A program made the position numbers and the translations under genes. Below the pieces are notes generated by a model. The model was not told the DNA's origin. It ran no database searches and saw only the letters and a program-made list of their open reading frames with translations. A stretch of 64,000 bases of DNA from NCBI GenBank assembly GCA_963810275.1, contig CAWENF010000003.1, positions 96,001 through 160,000 on the forward strand, written 5' to 3'. The stretch's first letter is position 1. The number at the start of each line of letters is the position of its first letter. Positions 29,023 to 38,877 of this stretch are shown here, piece by piece. Source of the stretch: an uncultured archaeon. GTDB taxonomy: Archaea > Thermoproteota > Bathyarchaeia > Bathyarchaeales > Bathycorpusculaceae.

Positions 29023-30114
29023 TTAAGTTGCATTAACAACGGCGTTTTTAGCCCAAACCCGGCAGGTTCCTTCGCTGCTCACCATGCAGGCACCAACGGG
29101 TTTAGCGGGGGTACAGGCGTTAAGGAACAGAGGGCACTGGTTGGGTTTTATTTTTCCGACGATCACGTTATGGCATTGACAACCTGCTTGGATGTCTTTG
29201 CCCTGTGCCTCTTTTAAGCCGTATTTTTTGCGTGAATCAAACTTTGAAAGGTTGGGTTTGAGTTGATAGGCGGAGTTTTCAAGTTTGCCTATGCCACGCC
29301 AGCCACCCGCAGAGACATTAAAAGCTTTTTCCATGGCATCAAGGGCTTTTTTGTTGCCTTCAGCTTTGACTACACGACTGTATTCGTTTTCCAACTTAAT
29401 ATTGCCAGTGCTGCATTGCTTTAGAATCATGTAAATAGACATTAACACGTCATTGGGTTCGAAGCCTGCCACGACGGTGGGCATGCGGTATCCCTTTGTG
29501 AAGAGTTCATAGGGTTTGGTGCCGATTATAGCGCTGACATGCCCGGGGGCGATGAAACCGTCGATTTGCAGGTCCTCCACACCCAAAAGCAACTCCATTG
29601 CAGGTGGAATAAGGCGATGAGATACGAGAAAGCTAAAGTTTTCAGGTAAGTCGCCAAGCACTTCAATCGCTGTTATGGGGGCGGTTGTTTCAAATCCTAC
29701 CGCGTGGAATACAAACTCCTTCTGAGGTTCTTGCCGCGCCATTTCCACGGCGTCACTGAGTGCGTAAACGACCCGGACATCTGCACCGCCTGCTTTAGCT
29801 TCAATAAGCGAAGACTCACTACCAGGTACACGTAGCAAATCACCAAAACAAGTAAGAACCTTACCTTTTTTGGCTAGCTGCACCGCCTCGTCAATTTCAG
29901 AGGCAGGTACAATGCAAACTGGGCAGCCGGGTCCAGCGATGACCTCCACGTTTTTAGGCAGTAAACTGCGCAGACCAAAATGTGTTATAGTCCACTCGTG
30001 TGTACCGCATACATGACAAATTTTAATTCCTCCCGTTTTCGGGGCAACCTGACTGATTTTCTTAGCGATTTCACGGGCGGTTTCGGGGTTTCTAAAACGC
30101 ATAGACTCAGACAT
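29023..30114 (-). CDS. hypD: Hydrogenase formation protein HypD
   Basis: VCGTHE, GPGCPVC, GFETTAP, PGHVS, GACMVSSEGTC. Confidence 0.97.
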   Translation of the reverse strand: MSESMRFRNPETAREIAKKISQVAPKTGGIKICHVCGTHEWTITHFGLRSLLPKNVEVIAGPGCPVCIVPASEIDEAVQLAKKGKVLTCFGDLLRVPGSESSLIEAKAGGADVRVVYALSDAVEMARQEPQKEFVFHAVGFETTAPITAIEVLGDLPENFSFLVSHRLIPPAMELLLGVEDLQIDGFIAPGHVSAIIGTKPYELFTKGYRMPTVVAGFEPNDVLMSIYMILKQCSTGNIKLENEYSRVVKAEGNKKALDAMEKAFNVSAGGWRGIGKLENSAYQLKPNLSKFDSRKKYGLKEAQGKDIQAGCQCHNVIVGKIKPNQCPLFLNACTPAKPVGACMVSSEGTCRVWAKNAVVNAT

Positions 30115-30126
30115 AACAAGCCCCGC

Positions 30127-30354
30127 TTATTCTTCTCCTGCGGAAGCTAAAACGTCATTCCAGAGGCTCAGAGTTTCGAGTGCCTCTTTCTCTTCAAGAA
30201 CCTGTATTGCGTAGCCTGCATGGACAAGCACGTAGTCACCGAGGTTAGCGTCCACAAGCGACACGTTAACGTCTCGCAGCACGCCCCTGCCGAAATCGAC
30301 TTGGGCTTTTTCACCCTGCAGGGACATGATTTTTGCTGGAATTGCCAGACACAT
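30127..30354 (-). CDS. hypC: Hydrogenase assembly chaperone HypC
   Basis: MCLAIP N-terminus (start placed to give Cys2), GDYVLVHAGYAI. Confidence 0.97.
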   Translation of the reverse strand: MCLAIPAKIMSLQGEKAQVDFGRGVLRDVNVSLVDANLGDYVLVHAGYAIQVLEEKEALETLSLWNDVLASAGEE

Positions 30355-30403
30355 AAACATCAACCTCTAAAAAAGGGTGTTGGGGCGATAAAAACAGATT
30401 GGT

Positions 30404-32686
30404 CTAAATATTGGAAATTGATGCTACGACTGCTTGACCAAAAGAGACGCCCCCATCACCCGGCGGAACCTGCTCATGCATAAAGAAACATAGCCGACTT
30501 GCTTCGACGGTTTTGCGCATTAGGGTGACGAGAAGCTGGTTACATGCCGCTCCGCCTGTGAAACCCACGTTTTTTGCTCCGATTTGCCTGGCTTTTTCGA
30601 CCGCTATTTCTGCTAAACCCTCTGCAATGTAGGCATGAACAGAGTAAGCTAAATCCATAGGAGAATAATTCTTCAAGTTAGTGTAAAGCTCTGACAGTAA
30701 AAACGTTGTGTCCAGAATGCCACCGCTGATTTTTGGCTCCAGTTTTAAGGTGTCTTTGCCTTGCAGGGCCGCCGACTCCAGCTTCATCGCAGGTTCGCCC
30801 TCGTAGGTACGTTGGAAACAGATGCCTAAAACCGCAGCCGCAGCATCCAAGACTCGACCGCAACTCGATGTTAGCATTGCGCTTGTACCGCTCCGCAACT
30901 GTTGAGCCAGGAGGTTGGCTTCTAAGTCGCCGTGCTGCAGGCACATACTATTTTGAAGCAACCAAGGGTACACGTTAACGCCTGCCTTATGCAGCATACC
31001 CGCAGCCATCCGCAGGGGATAACGGCTAGCCAAGTCTCCACCCAAAAGAGGCTGCAACTCGAGATGCCCCAGCCGCTCAAAACCCCGCCTGTCCGATTTA
31101 CAGAGGAGCACTTCGCCGCCCCATGCCTCGCTGCCGAGCCCGTAGCCATAGCCGTCGCAGGCAACCGCCAAAACCTCATCCAATTCATGCTCAGCCATCA
31201 AAGCAGCCGCATGCGCATGATGATGCTGCACCTGCACCAACTCCAAACCGCTAGTCTCCGCCATCTCTTGAGCGAGGTGGGTAGTATTGAATTTTGGGTG
31301 TAAATCGCAGGCGACCATGCTGGGTTGACAGTTGGTTAGGTGCTGGAGGTGCTGGATGGCTTTCTGGAGGAAGGTTTGGGTTTCGATGTTTTTGACATCA
31401 CCGATGTGCTGTGTGATAAAGGCTTTGTTGCCTGTTAGGATGGTTGCGGTGTCGTTGAGTTCACCGCCTAAAGCCACTACGCAGCGATCCGTTTTGCTTT
31501 TGAGCCTAATGGGGACTGGAGCATAGCCTCGGCTTCTGCGGATGAAAACTTGCCGTGTGCCGTGGACGCGCATGACTGAGTCGTCGCATCGGTGGGCAAT
31601 TCTACGATTATGAAACAGGAAGTAGTCAACCGTTTCGCCGAGGATTTTAAGAGCTTCGGCATTATCGTTGACTATGGGTTGGTTAGCTGGATTGGCGCTG
31701 GTCATAACAAATCCTTGGTCGGTGATTTGGTCGAAGAGCATGTAATGAAGCGCCGTGTAGGGGAGCATGACACCGATGTTGTGTAGGTTGGGCGCAACCA
31801 ATGCTGAAAGCTGGTATTGTGGGTTTTTGTTTAGCAGAACAATGGGGCGCTGAGGCGAAGTGAGCAGCTCCCGCTCTTTTGCGTTGATATATGCGAAACT
31901 TTCCGCTGCCTCTAAGCTGCGCGCCATAACTGCAAACGGTTTCTCTTTGCGATGTTTGGTTTCGCGCAGCTGCAGCAGAGGTTCTTCGAGCATTGTGGAA
32001 GCGGCGATGTGGAAGCCCCCATAGCCCTTTACGGCGAGGATTTTACCCTCAGAAAGCAGTTTGCCCGCCAATCTGACGGGGTCAGCAGTTTCGATTGGGT
32101 CGCCGTGGCTGTTGGTTAGGTATGCTTTGGGTCCGCAGGTCGGGTCCGCCACGGTTTCCGCGTGAAATCGGCGATTTGCTGGGTCTTCATACTCGCCCTG
32201 ACAGAAGCGGCAGAGGGGGAAGTCACGCACAGTTGTGTTGTCGCGGTCGTAGGGGAGATGCTCGATTATGGTGAAGCGGGGTCCGCAGTCTGTGCAGGTT
32301 ATGAAGAAGTAGTTGTGGCGGGTGTTTTTGGGATCTCGGAGTTCTTTGAGGCATGTGTTACAGATGGCTATATCTGGGGGTATTACTGAACCGGAGAGTT
32401 CGGCGGTTTGGCTGCTCTGTGTAATTGTGAAGTTCCTGTACTGATTTTCACCCGAAAGCTCGGCTCGAGTTAGATTATAGATCTGTGCAAGCGGAGGCTT
32501 CTCTGCATACAACACCGCCGTGAACTCCTCAATAGCCACCTCTGCACCTTCCAAAACTATTTCGACCCCTGCATCACCCATGTTCCGCACATACCCTGCC
32601 AACCCGTTTCTGACAGCTATGCGGTAGATGAAGGGGCGGAACCCGACGCCCTGTACGATACCTGAGACAATGAGTTTGACACGCAA
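30404..32686 (-). CDS. hypF: Carbamoyltransferase HypF
   Basis: GIVQGVGFRPF acylphosphatase domain, CTDCGPR zinc finger, VQHHHAH, PGDGGVSFGQ; probable TTG start 32686. Confidence 0.97.
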   Translation of the reverse strand: MRVKLIVSGIVQGVGFRPFIYRIAVRNGLAGYVRNMGDAGVEIVLEGAEVAIEEFTAVLYAEKPPLAQIYNLTRAELSGENQYRNFTITQSSQTAELSGSVIPPDIAICNTCLKELRDPKNTRHNYFFITCTDCGPRFTIIEHLPYDRDNTTVRDFPLCRFCQGEYEDPANRRFHAETVADPTCGPKAYLTNSHGDPIETADPVRLAGKLLSEGKILAVKGYGGFHIAASTMLEEPLLQLRETKHRKEKPFAVMARSLEAAESFAYINAKERELLTSPQRPIVLLNKNPQYQLSALVAPNLHNIGVMLPYTALHYMLFDQITDQGFVMTSANPANQPIVNDNAEALKILGETVDYFLFHNRRIAHRCDDSVMRVHGTRQVFIRRSRGYAPVPIRLKSKTDRCVVALGGELNDTATILTGNKAFITQHIGDVKNIETQTFLQKAIQHLQHLTNCQPSMVACDLHPKFNTTHLAQEMAETSGLELVQVQHHHAHAAALMAEHELDEVLAVACDGYGYGLGSEAWGGEVLLCKSDRRGFERLGHLELQPLLGGDLASRYPLRMAAGMLHKAGVNVYPWLLQNSMCLQHGDLEANLLAQQLRSGTSAMLTSSCGRVLDAAAAVLGICFQRTYEGEPAMKLESAALQGKDTLKLEPKISGGILDTTFLLSELYTNLKNYSPMDLAYSVHAYIAEGLAEIAVEKARQIGAKNVGFTGGAACNQLLVTLMRKTVEASRLCFFMHEQVPPGDGGVSFGQAVVASISNI

Positions 32687-32824
32687 CCTTGAATCCTTCA
32701 CATTTTTAGAATCCTGTTTTTCTCTTATACGTTTCCCAAAAAGCCTCCAAACCGTCAAGAATCGGCGACAAAGATGTTAAATATCCTTAAAACAAATAGC
32801 TAACCTGATTAAAGAGGAGTAAAC

Positions 32825-33156
32825 ATGGCCATATTTGAAGACTTAATCAGCTTCATAACCCAAGGAAGCATATAGGCGGCTTGCCACCTATCGTTCTAAT
32901 GATCATTCCCCTAATCATCGGGTTAGTCATCGGGTTCTTGGTGAATAAGTTCCTCAAGTTCGCCCTAATAACTGCAGTCATCGTGATAATCGGTGCATAC
33001 CTGGGCTTCTACACCCTAAACCTCGACTCTATGGTTAACCTCGCAAAAGAGTACGGACCTCTCGCAGTACAGTACGGCACAATACTCGTTGGGATGCTGC
33101 CGCTGGGCATCGATTTAGTGGTCGGTTTCATCGTTAGTTTCCTTGTAGCCCGATAA
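32825..33156 (+). pseudogene. FUN14-like small membrane protein gene with a 2-nt duplication frameshift
   Basis: GAGGAG RBS then ATG 32825 (MAIFEDLISFITQGSI), followed by ATATAGGCGGC; removing one TA joins it to ORF 32881-33156. Confidence 0.55.
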
Positions 33157-33374
33157 GGCGCTGACCGCTTAGGGTTTGGGGCGGCGGGTTTTCCCATTTT
33201 ACTTTGTAGATAGCTGCTTTTTCTACTCTGAGCCACCTTGGATCGCACAGATAATTTGTGACAAGAAATGATAGTACAGCAGAAAACGCTTAATTTACAA
33301 ATAAGAAAAGCTCACAGAAGATGTTTTCCGCCCTCATTTTCAATCAATAAGGTAGATAATATAATTAAGTTTCA

Positions 33375-34019
33375 TTGCAGCTAGACAAACATATGGATTT
33401 AATGGATCAATTTAGGTGTCCAATGGGCAGACAGGGTAAAATCGTAGCCAGTTTAATGAACCGCGCGCACAAGCCGCTCACCACGTGGGGACTCACACAC
33501 GCCACCATCCAGCTCGATTACACCATTTTGGATGTAGGCTGCGGGGGCGGCAAAACCATAAATCGCTTAGCCGAGATGACGCCGCAGGGCAAAGTCTTTG
33601 GCGTAGACTACTCAGCCGATATGGTGGAGTACGCCAAAAAACTGAACCGAAAACTTGTTGAGCATGGCAGGGTTGAAATCGTGGAGGGCTCAGCAGATAA
33701 AACGGGGCAACCTGATGGCTTTTTTGATTTGGTAACGGCGTGTGAAACGTACTATTTCTGGCCCAGTCTACCAGCGGCATTTGAGGAAATTCTTCGGGTG
33801 CTTAAGCCAAACGGCACGTTCCTGATAATTAGCGAGATGGTAAAAGACGGCGTCAGTGATGTGAAAAGAGCGGATTTGATTAAGAAGACACATGTGCAAC
33901 TCGTCAAACTGGACGACATAGTCAGCATGTTAGGTTCGGCAGGGTTTGTAGACGTGGAAGTTGACCGAAAACCAAATTCGGCATGGAACACAGTTACCGC
34001 CAAGAAGCCACCAGCTTAG
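33375..34019 (+). CDS. Class I SAM-dependent methyltransferase
   Basis: ILDVGCGGG, GVDYS, ETYYFWP, RVLKPNG. Confidence 0.9.
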   Translation: MQLDKHMDLMDQFRCPMGRQGKIVASLMNRAHKPLTTWGLTHATIQLDYTILDVGCGGGKTINRLAEMTPQGKVFGVDYSADMVEYAKKLNRKLVEHGRVEIVEGSADKTGQPDGFFDLVTACETYYFWPSLPAAFEEILRVLKPNGTFLIISEMVKDGVSDVKRADLIKKTHVQLVKLDDIVSMLGSAGFVDVEVDRKPNSAWNTVTAKKPPA

Positions 34020-35554
34020 AGCAACTCTTTGAGGGCTCGTTTTAGCACTTTCCCCGCTGGACTAAGCGGCAAATCCGCCATAAACTGGACTTCATGGATT
34101 GCTTTGTATGGCGCTACCTTTTGGTTAATGTACGCTTTGATTTCTTCTTCGGACGCTGAAGCACCGGTTTTGAGAACAACGTAGGCTTTTGGGACTTCGC
34201 CCGCTTTAGGGTCTAATTTGCCAACAACGGCACAGAGCTTAACGGCGGGATGCTCATAGAGAACGTCTTCGAGTTCACGGGGGTAGATGCTGTAACCGTG
34301 GTGTTTGATGAGTTCTTTTTTGCGGTCTACGATGTAGTAGTAGCCGTCGCCGTCGACTCTTGCTACGTCGCCTGTTAAGAGCCAGCCGCCGCGCAGGGCA
34401 ACAGTGGTTTCTTCGGTGCGTTTCCAGTACCCTTGCATAATCTGGGGTCCTCGAACAGCCAGTTCCCCGACTTCGCCTACGCCAAGCGTCACCTCACCCG
34501 TTTCCAGATCGACGATTCTGGCTTCCGTTTCGGGTAGCGGCAACCCAATTGAGCCCACCCGCAACTTCAGAGACCTGTCAACTGGCGAGCAATGCGTAAC
34601 AGGAGAAGCCTCCGACAAACCATACCCCTCCGCCAAAAAACCACCTGACACAGCCATGAAATCACGCTGAACCTGAGGTGGCAACGACGAGGCACCCGAA
34701 ATGCAGACCCGAACTGAAGACAAATCATGCATTTTGAGGTCTGGCTGGGTGAGCAGCATCTGGTACATGGTGGGTACGCCGCAGAAAACGGTGACTTTGT
34801 GGCGGTCGATGGCTTTGAGGGCTTCTGTTGGAGTGAATTTGGGCAGGAGCACCATGGTTGCGCCCACGGCTATGGGTAAGGTCATGCTGGTGGTTAAGCC
34901 GTAGATGTGGAAAAGCGGCAGAGCTGTGAGGAAGATGTCTGTTGGTTGGGCGTTTATGGCGGCTGCGAATTGTTGGGCGTTGGCGGCGAGGTTTTGGTGG
35001 GTTAGCATGGCGGCTTTTGCTGTGCCTGTTGTTCCGCCTGTGTACTGCAGCGCGGCCAAATCGTTTGAAGCCACCTCTTGAGCGGCTAAGGAAACTGGAG
35101 ATAGTTCGGGGAGCCCTGAGAAAGTGGTTGACTCCAACTTTGTGGTTACTACCTGTTTGAGTGCGGTTTTCTCTTTAACGGCATCGACCAAGGGTTTTAG
35201 GCTATCGAGCGTGACAACTACGTGGGTTTCTGAGTCTACGAGTTGGAACTGGACTTCGCGTTCTCGATGCTGGGGGCTGATAGCGGTGACGGTTGCGCCT
35301 GCTTTTAGGATACCAAAGTAGGCGATTATGAATTGGGGGATGTTTGGGAGGTAAAGGGCTACCCGGGCGCCTTTCGCTACGCCTAAGCGTCGAAGTGCTT
35401 TTGAGAACTGAATGCACAGCGAATCCAAATCCGAATACGAAAGGGTTTGGTCGCCGTAAACAACCGCCGCCTTGAGCGGGTACCTCTTGGCGCTCTCCTC
35501 AAGCAACCCATAAAGAGACGCTGTTGATAAAGCAAGTGACGTTTTTCCTGTCAA
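34016..35554 (-). CDS. Long-chain-fatty-acid--CoA ligase (ANL family)
   Basis: QYTGGTTGTAK, EGYGLSE, WLLTGD, GKVLKR. Confidence 0.92.
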   Translation of the reverse strand: MTGKTSLALSTASLYGLLEESAKRYPLKAAVVYGDQTLSYSDLDSLCIQFSKALRRLGVAKGARVALYLPNIPQFIIAYFGILKAGATVTAISPQHREREVQFQLVDSETHVVVTLDSLKPLVDAVKEKTALKQVVTTKLESTTFSGLPELSPVSLAAQEVASNDLAALQYTGGTTGTAKAAMLTHQNLAANAQQFAAAINAQPTDIFLTALPLFHIYGLTTSMTLPIAVGATMVLLPKFTPTEALKAIDRHKVTVFCGVPTMYQMLLTQPDLKMHDLSSVRVCISGASSLPPQVQRDFMAVSGGFLAEGYGLSEASPVTHCSPVDRSLKLRVGSIGLPLPETEARIVDLETGEVTLGVGEVGELAVRGPQIMQGYWKRTEETTVALRGGWLLTGDVARVDGDGYYYIVDRKKELIKHHGYSIYPRELEDVLYEHPAVKLCAVVGKLDPKAGEVPKAYVVLKTGASASEEEIKAYINQKVAPYKAIHEVQFMADLPLSPAGKVLKRALKELL

Positions 35555-35667
35555 AGCAACTCAGCAGGCATAAAATGTGCTGTTCAACTAAAAACCTTCC
35601 CCATCGCCCCATGCAATTAGCAACAGTTAAATAAACCGCAGAGAAAAAAATAAGCGGTGAATTTTTC

Positions 35668-36123
35668 GTGACATCTTCAGATAGCAAGGCTGTTATCCGC
35701 AGGTTTATTGAAGCCTACAACAACCGAAACCTCGACGTTTTCGACGAATTAGTCGCCCCCGACTACGTTGACCACACCCATCAGCAGAAAGGGCGGGAGG
35801 CGTTTAGGAAGCTGTTCACGTTGGCGTTCGAAGGGTTTCCCGACTGGCATGAGAGCATCCAAGACATCATCGCCGAGGGGGAAAACGTGTGGGTTAAAGT
35901 TAGAGCCACGGGAACACACAGTGGGGACTGGACACTTTTCGGAGTTTCTTTACCGGCGACGGGTAACAAGGTGGTTATGGATATGGTTTTCATGTTCCGC
36001 GTGGTGGACGGCAAATTGGTTGAAGGTGGAGAAGTGGATGACCAAGTGGACTTTTTCAAGCAGTTGGGGCTGATTGAATACACCGAAAAAGGCAAGAAAC
36101 TCTTCGCAGAAGCCCAGGGTTAG
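35668..36123 (+). CDS. SnoaL-like ester cyclase (NTF2 fold)
   Basis: GFPDWHESIQDIIAEG, GTHSG, PATGNKV. Confidence 0.88.
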   Translation: MTSSDSKAVIRRFIEAYNNRNLDVFDELVAPDYVDHTHQQKGREAFRKLFTLAFEGFPDWHESIQDIIAEGENVWVKVRATGTHSGDWTLFGVSLPATGNKVVMDMVFMFRVVDGKLVEGGEVDDQVDFFKQLGLIEYTEKGKKLFAEAQG

Positions 36124-36542
36124 GTTTCGGATTCGGGTTCAATTACCACGGCGGTCCCTGTAGCTGAAAACAGCACCACACCGTTTTGCAAACCCAAATC
36201 CGAAGTCTCCACATCTAGCCCTACAATGCCGTTTGCACCCAGAGCAAGCGCACGTGCCTTTGCGCGTTCTATGGCCTCCCAACGGGCTTTCTCCATCTCC
36301 GACGTAAACGCCGTAACTTCACCGCCAGCCATAGACTCAAACCCAGCAATAAACTTGCCAAACAACCCACGTGTGCGTGGAGTTAAACCCGTAACTATCC
36401 CCAAAACCTTCTTAATTTTGTAACCCGCAACAGTTGGCGTAGTCACCATTAGAAAATCGTTTAAGGGTGCGCCACATTTTTGGCAGAAACGAGAACCTTC
36501 TGGAACAGTATTTCCACACCGGGGGCAAATCAAAATTTTCAC
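36120..36542 (-). CDS. Zinc ribbon fused to YbjQ/UPF0145 domain
   Basis: CPRCG..FCQKCG, then VTTPTVAGY..ALGANGIVG..ATGTAV. Confidence 0.88.
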   Translation of the reverse strand: MKILICPRCGNTVPEGSRFCQKCGAPLNDFLMVTTPTVAGYKIKKVLGIVTGLTPRTRGLFGKFIAGFESMAGGEVTAFTSEMEKARWEAIERAKARALALGANGIVGLDVETSDLGLQNGVVLFSATGTAVVIEPESET

Positions 36543-36619
36543 CTAAATAACGATTTTTTAGATTTCTTTACAAGTTGGCGGTCGCCATCTTTAAGGTTGC
36601 TGTAGGCAAGATAGAACTC

Positions 36620-37004
36620 TTAGAGATTTTCCATCTCTTTAGTGTAAGTGAAGGGGTAAGCCACTACGTCTTTAAGGTTGAAGTTGAGTTTTACCTCGCC
36701 TTCGGTTTGACTGAAGAGTTGGCTTTGAGGCTGGTCGGTTAAGATGACTATGACTATGTCGCCGACTTGCAGTTTGTCGCCCAATGTTTCGCCGCTGCCG
36801 AACTCTTCGCTCAGGTCTACTGCGCCGCCGTACTCGAACACTAGGTATGGATGTCCGTTGCGGGCTATGGGGTGGCAGGTGAGTTTGGGCACTTGAGTTT
36901 CAAAGCGTGCTTTAAGCGCATCAAAAGTCTGTTTGGGGTAGTTGCACGATTAGGTAGTTGTGCCAAGTTTTGGATTCCTCATCTCGCATCCGGAAGTACT
37001 GCAT
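36620..37004 (-). pseudogene. Hypothetical protein gene with probable +1 frameshift
   Basis: ATG 37004 reads MQYFRMRDEESKTWHNYLIVQLP; removing one C from CCCC (36935-36938) joins it to KQTFDALK...VPKLTCHP. Confidence 0.45.
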
Positions 37005-37113
37005 CTTAACCACACATATACCGTCTATGATGGCGATAAATATCATTCCCTGCATTGAGACGCTGGAAAATCATTTAAGTCAATAAACAGAACACATTTT
37101 TGAGGGCAATTTT

Positions 37114-38122
37114 TTGGATAACTGGAAAAACGTGCTCAAAGCTGACCCAACCGAGTGGCTTCTTGAGAAAGATAATCCTTCAGTACGCTACTTTACGCTA
37201 AGAGATATTTTAGAAAAACCAGAAGCCAACGTTGATGGTGCAGAGTCAAAAAAGGCTATCATGGAAACAGGCAGTGTCCCTAAAATACTCGCTAAAATGC
37301 AGGTTGACGGCTACTGGGAAACTCCAGCATCGTTTTACACCGCAAAATACAAAGGCACCATTTGGCAGCTACTCATTTTGGCAGAACTCGGCGCAGACCC
37401 AACTGATGAACGCGTTAAGGAAGCCTGTGAGTTCATTCTGGAAAACAGCCAGCACTCTGATAGCGGCGGGTTCGCTATGGCGCGTTCAGAGCGGATGGGC
37501 GGCGGCAGAGAAAGCAGCGTCATACCCTGCTTGACAGGAAACATGGTCTACAGCCTAATCAGGTTGGGTTACCTCAACGACCCCAGAGTGTAGGCGGGTA
37601 AACATAAACTGGATAGCCAACTACCAGCGCTTCGACGACGGAGAAGGCAAACCGAAAGGGAAATTCTATGACCGCTATACGGCTTGCTTTGGCAAACACA
37701 CCTGCCACATGGGCGCCGCTAAAGCCTTAAAGGCACTCGCCGAAATACCCGAACCTCAAAGAAATCCAGAAGTGAAAGCAACCATTGGTGCTGGTGCTGA
37801 GTACTTTCTAAAACATCACATCTACAAAAAAAGCCACAACCTCCAAGAAGTGTCCAAGCCCGGGTGGCTTAAATTCGGATTTCCCCTGATGTACCAAACG
37901 GATGCTTTAGAGATTCTGGAAATCCTAACAAAACTCGGCTACAAAGACACGCGAATGCAGGAAGCCGTAGATCACGTAGTTTCCAAGCAAACAAACGAGG
38001 GCAAATGGTTCCTGGAGAACAGTTTTAACGGTAAATTCCAGACAAATATTGAACGCAAAGGTGAAGAGAGCAAATGGGTAACCCTAAAGGCCTTATCAGC
38101 GTTGAAACATTACTATTCATGA
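37114..38122 (+). pseudogene. Prenyltransferase/squalene-cyclase-like barrel protein gene, disrupted
   Basis: Two ORFs of one family (WLLEKDNPSVRY..., GKWFLE..SKWVT) split by TAG 37591-37593 plus an extra AAAC before ATA AAC TGG (INWIANYQRFDDG). Confidence 0.75.
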
Positions 38123-38132
38123 GGGCGCTAAT

Positions 38133-38591
38133 TTGAGAACTCTTTTAGTTGTTTATTCATATCATCACAATAACACCCTAAAGGTCGCGGAAGTTTTCGC
38201 TAAAGTCTTTGATACAGAGATAGTTACGCCTCAGCAAACCGACCCTAATGGGCTCACGGATTATGATTTAGTCGGCTTCGGTGCAGGGATAGACAGCGGC
38301 AAACACTACAAGCCCCTACTGGACTTCGCGGACCAACTCCCAAACGCGGCAGGTAAGAAGGCATTTATCTTCTCCACCAGCGGCGTATCAAACCCCAAGT
38401 ACCAAACAAAAATTCACACACCACTTCGCGAGACGCTACAGGCTAAGGGCTACGTGATTGTCAACGAGTTTAACTGCCACGGCTTTAACACGAATAGCTT
38501 TCTCAAGTTCTTGGGCGGCATGAACAAAGGCAAACCAGACGAGCAAGACCTTAAAGCAGCCGTCGAGTTCGCAGAAAACCTGAAAAAATAA
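38133..38591 (+). CDS. Flavodoxin family protein
   Basis: YSYHHNNTLKVA, GFGAGI, AFIFSTSG, EFNCHGF. Confidence 0.88.
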   Translation: MRTLLVVYSYHHNNTLKVAEVFAKVFDTEIVTPQQTDPNGLTDYDLVGFGAGIDSGKHYKPLLDFADQLPNAAGKKAFIFSTSGVSNPKYQTKIHTPLRETLQAKGYVIVNEFNCHGFNTNSFLKFLGGMNKGKPDEQDLKAAVEFAENLKK

Positions 38592-38594
38592 ATT

Positions 38595-38701
38595 TGGTGC
38601 CGGGGGCGGGATTCGAGCCCGCGACTTCTGGCAGTGGGCGTGTGGCCCTGTTGTCTCCAGATTATGAGTCTGGCGCCCTAGCCAGGCTAGGCTACCCCGG
38701 C
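38595..38701 (-). tRNA. tRNA-Met(CAU), elongator type, with 29-nt intron at position 45/46
   Basis: GCCGGGG/CCCCGGC acceptor stem plus ACCA; CCAGA-CTCATAA-TCTGG anticodon arm; intron 38626-38654 with CTGG/CCAG central helix and two 3-nt bulges. Confidence 0.92.
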
Positions 38702-38877
38702 AAACGCCGACACTTCTGCGGCGTCGTGGATGTTTAGTCATAATTGTATGATTTAAACTTTTAAGGTACATAAACCACTTTGGAGCAGTCAGAGCCAAAA
38801 CGCAAAAACCTTCTATAAAGATTTTCAACAATAAATTTATTGGATAGTAAAAACCGTTCCTATGCAGGTGAATTTGT

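Noticed and set aside
37591-37605. In-frame TAG as possible pyrrolysine read-through
   Set aside because: A 4-nt frameshift follows within three codons, so read-through alone cannot restore the protein, and no pyl genes are in the window.
32800-38594. Integrated element at the tRNA-Met 3' end
   Set aside because: Accessory genes are present, but I saw no integrase, transposase, viral genes or duplicated tRNA end.
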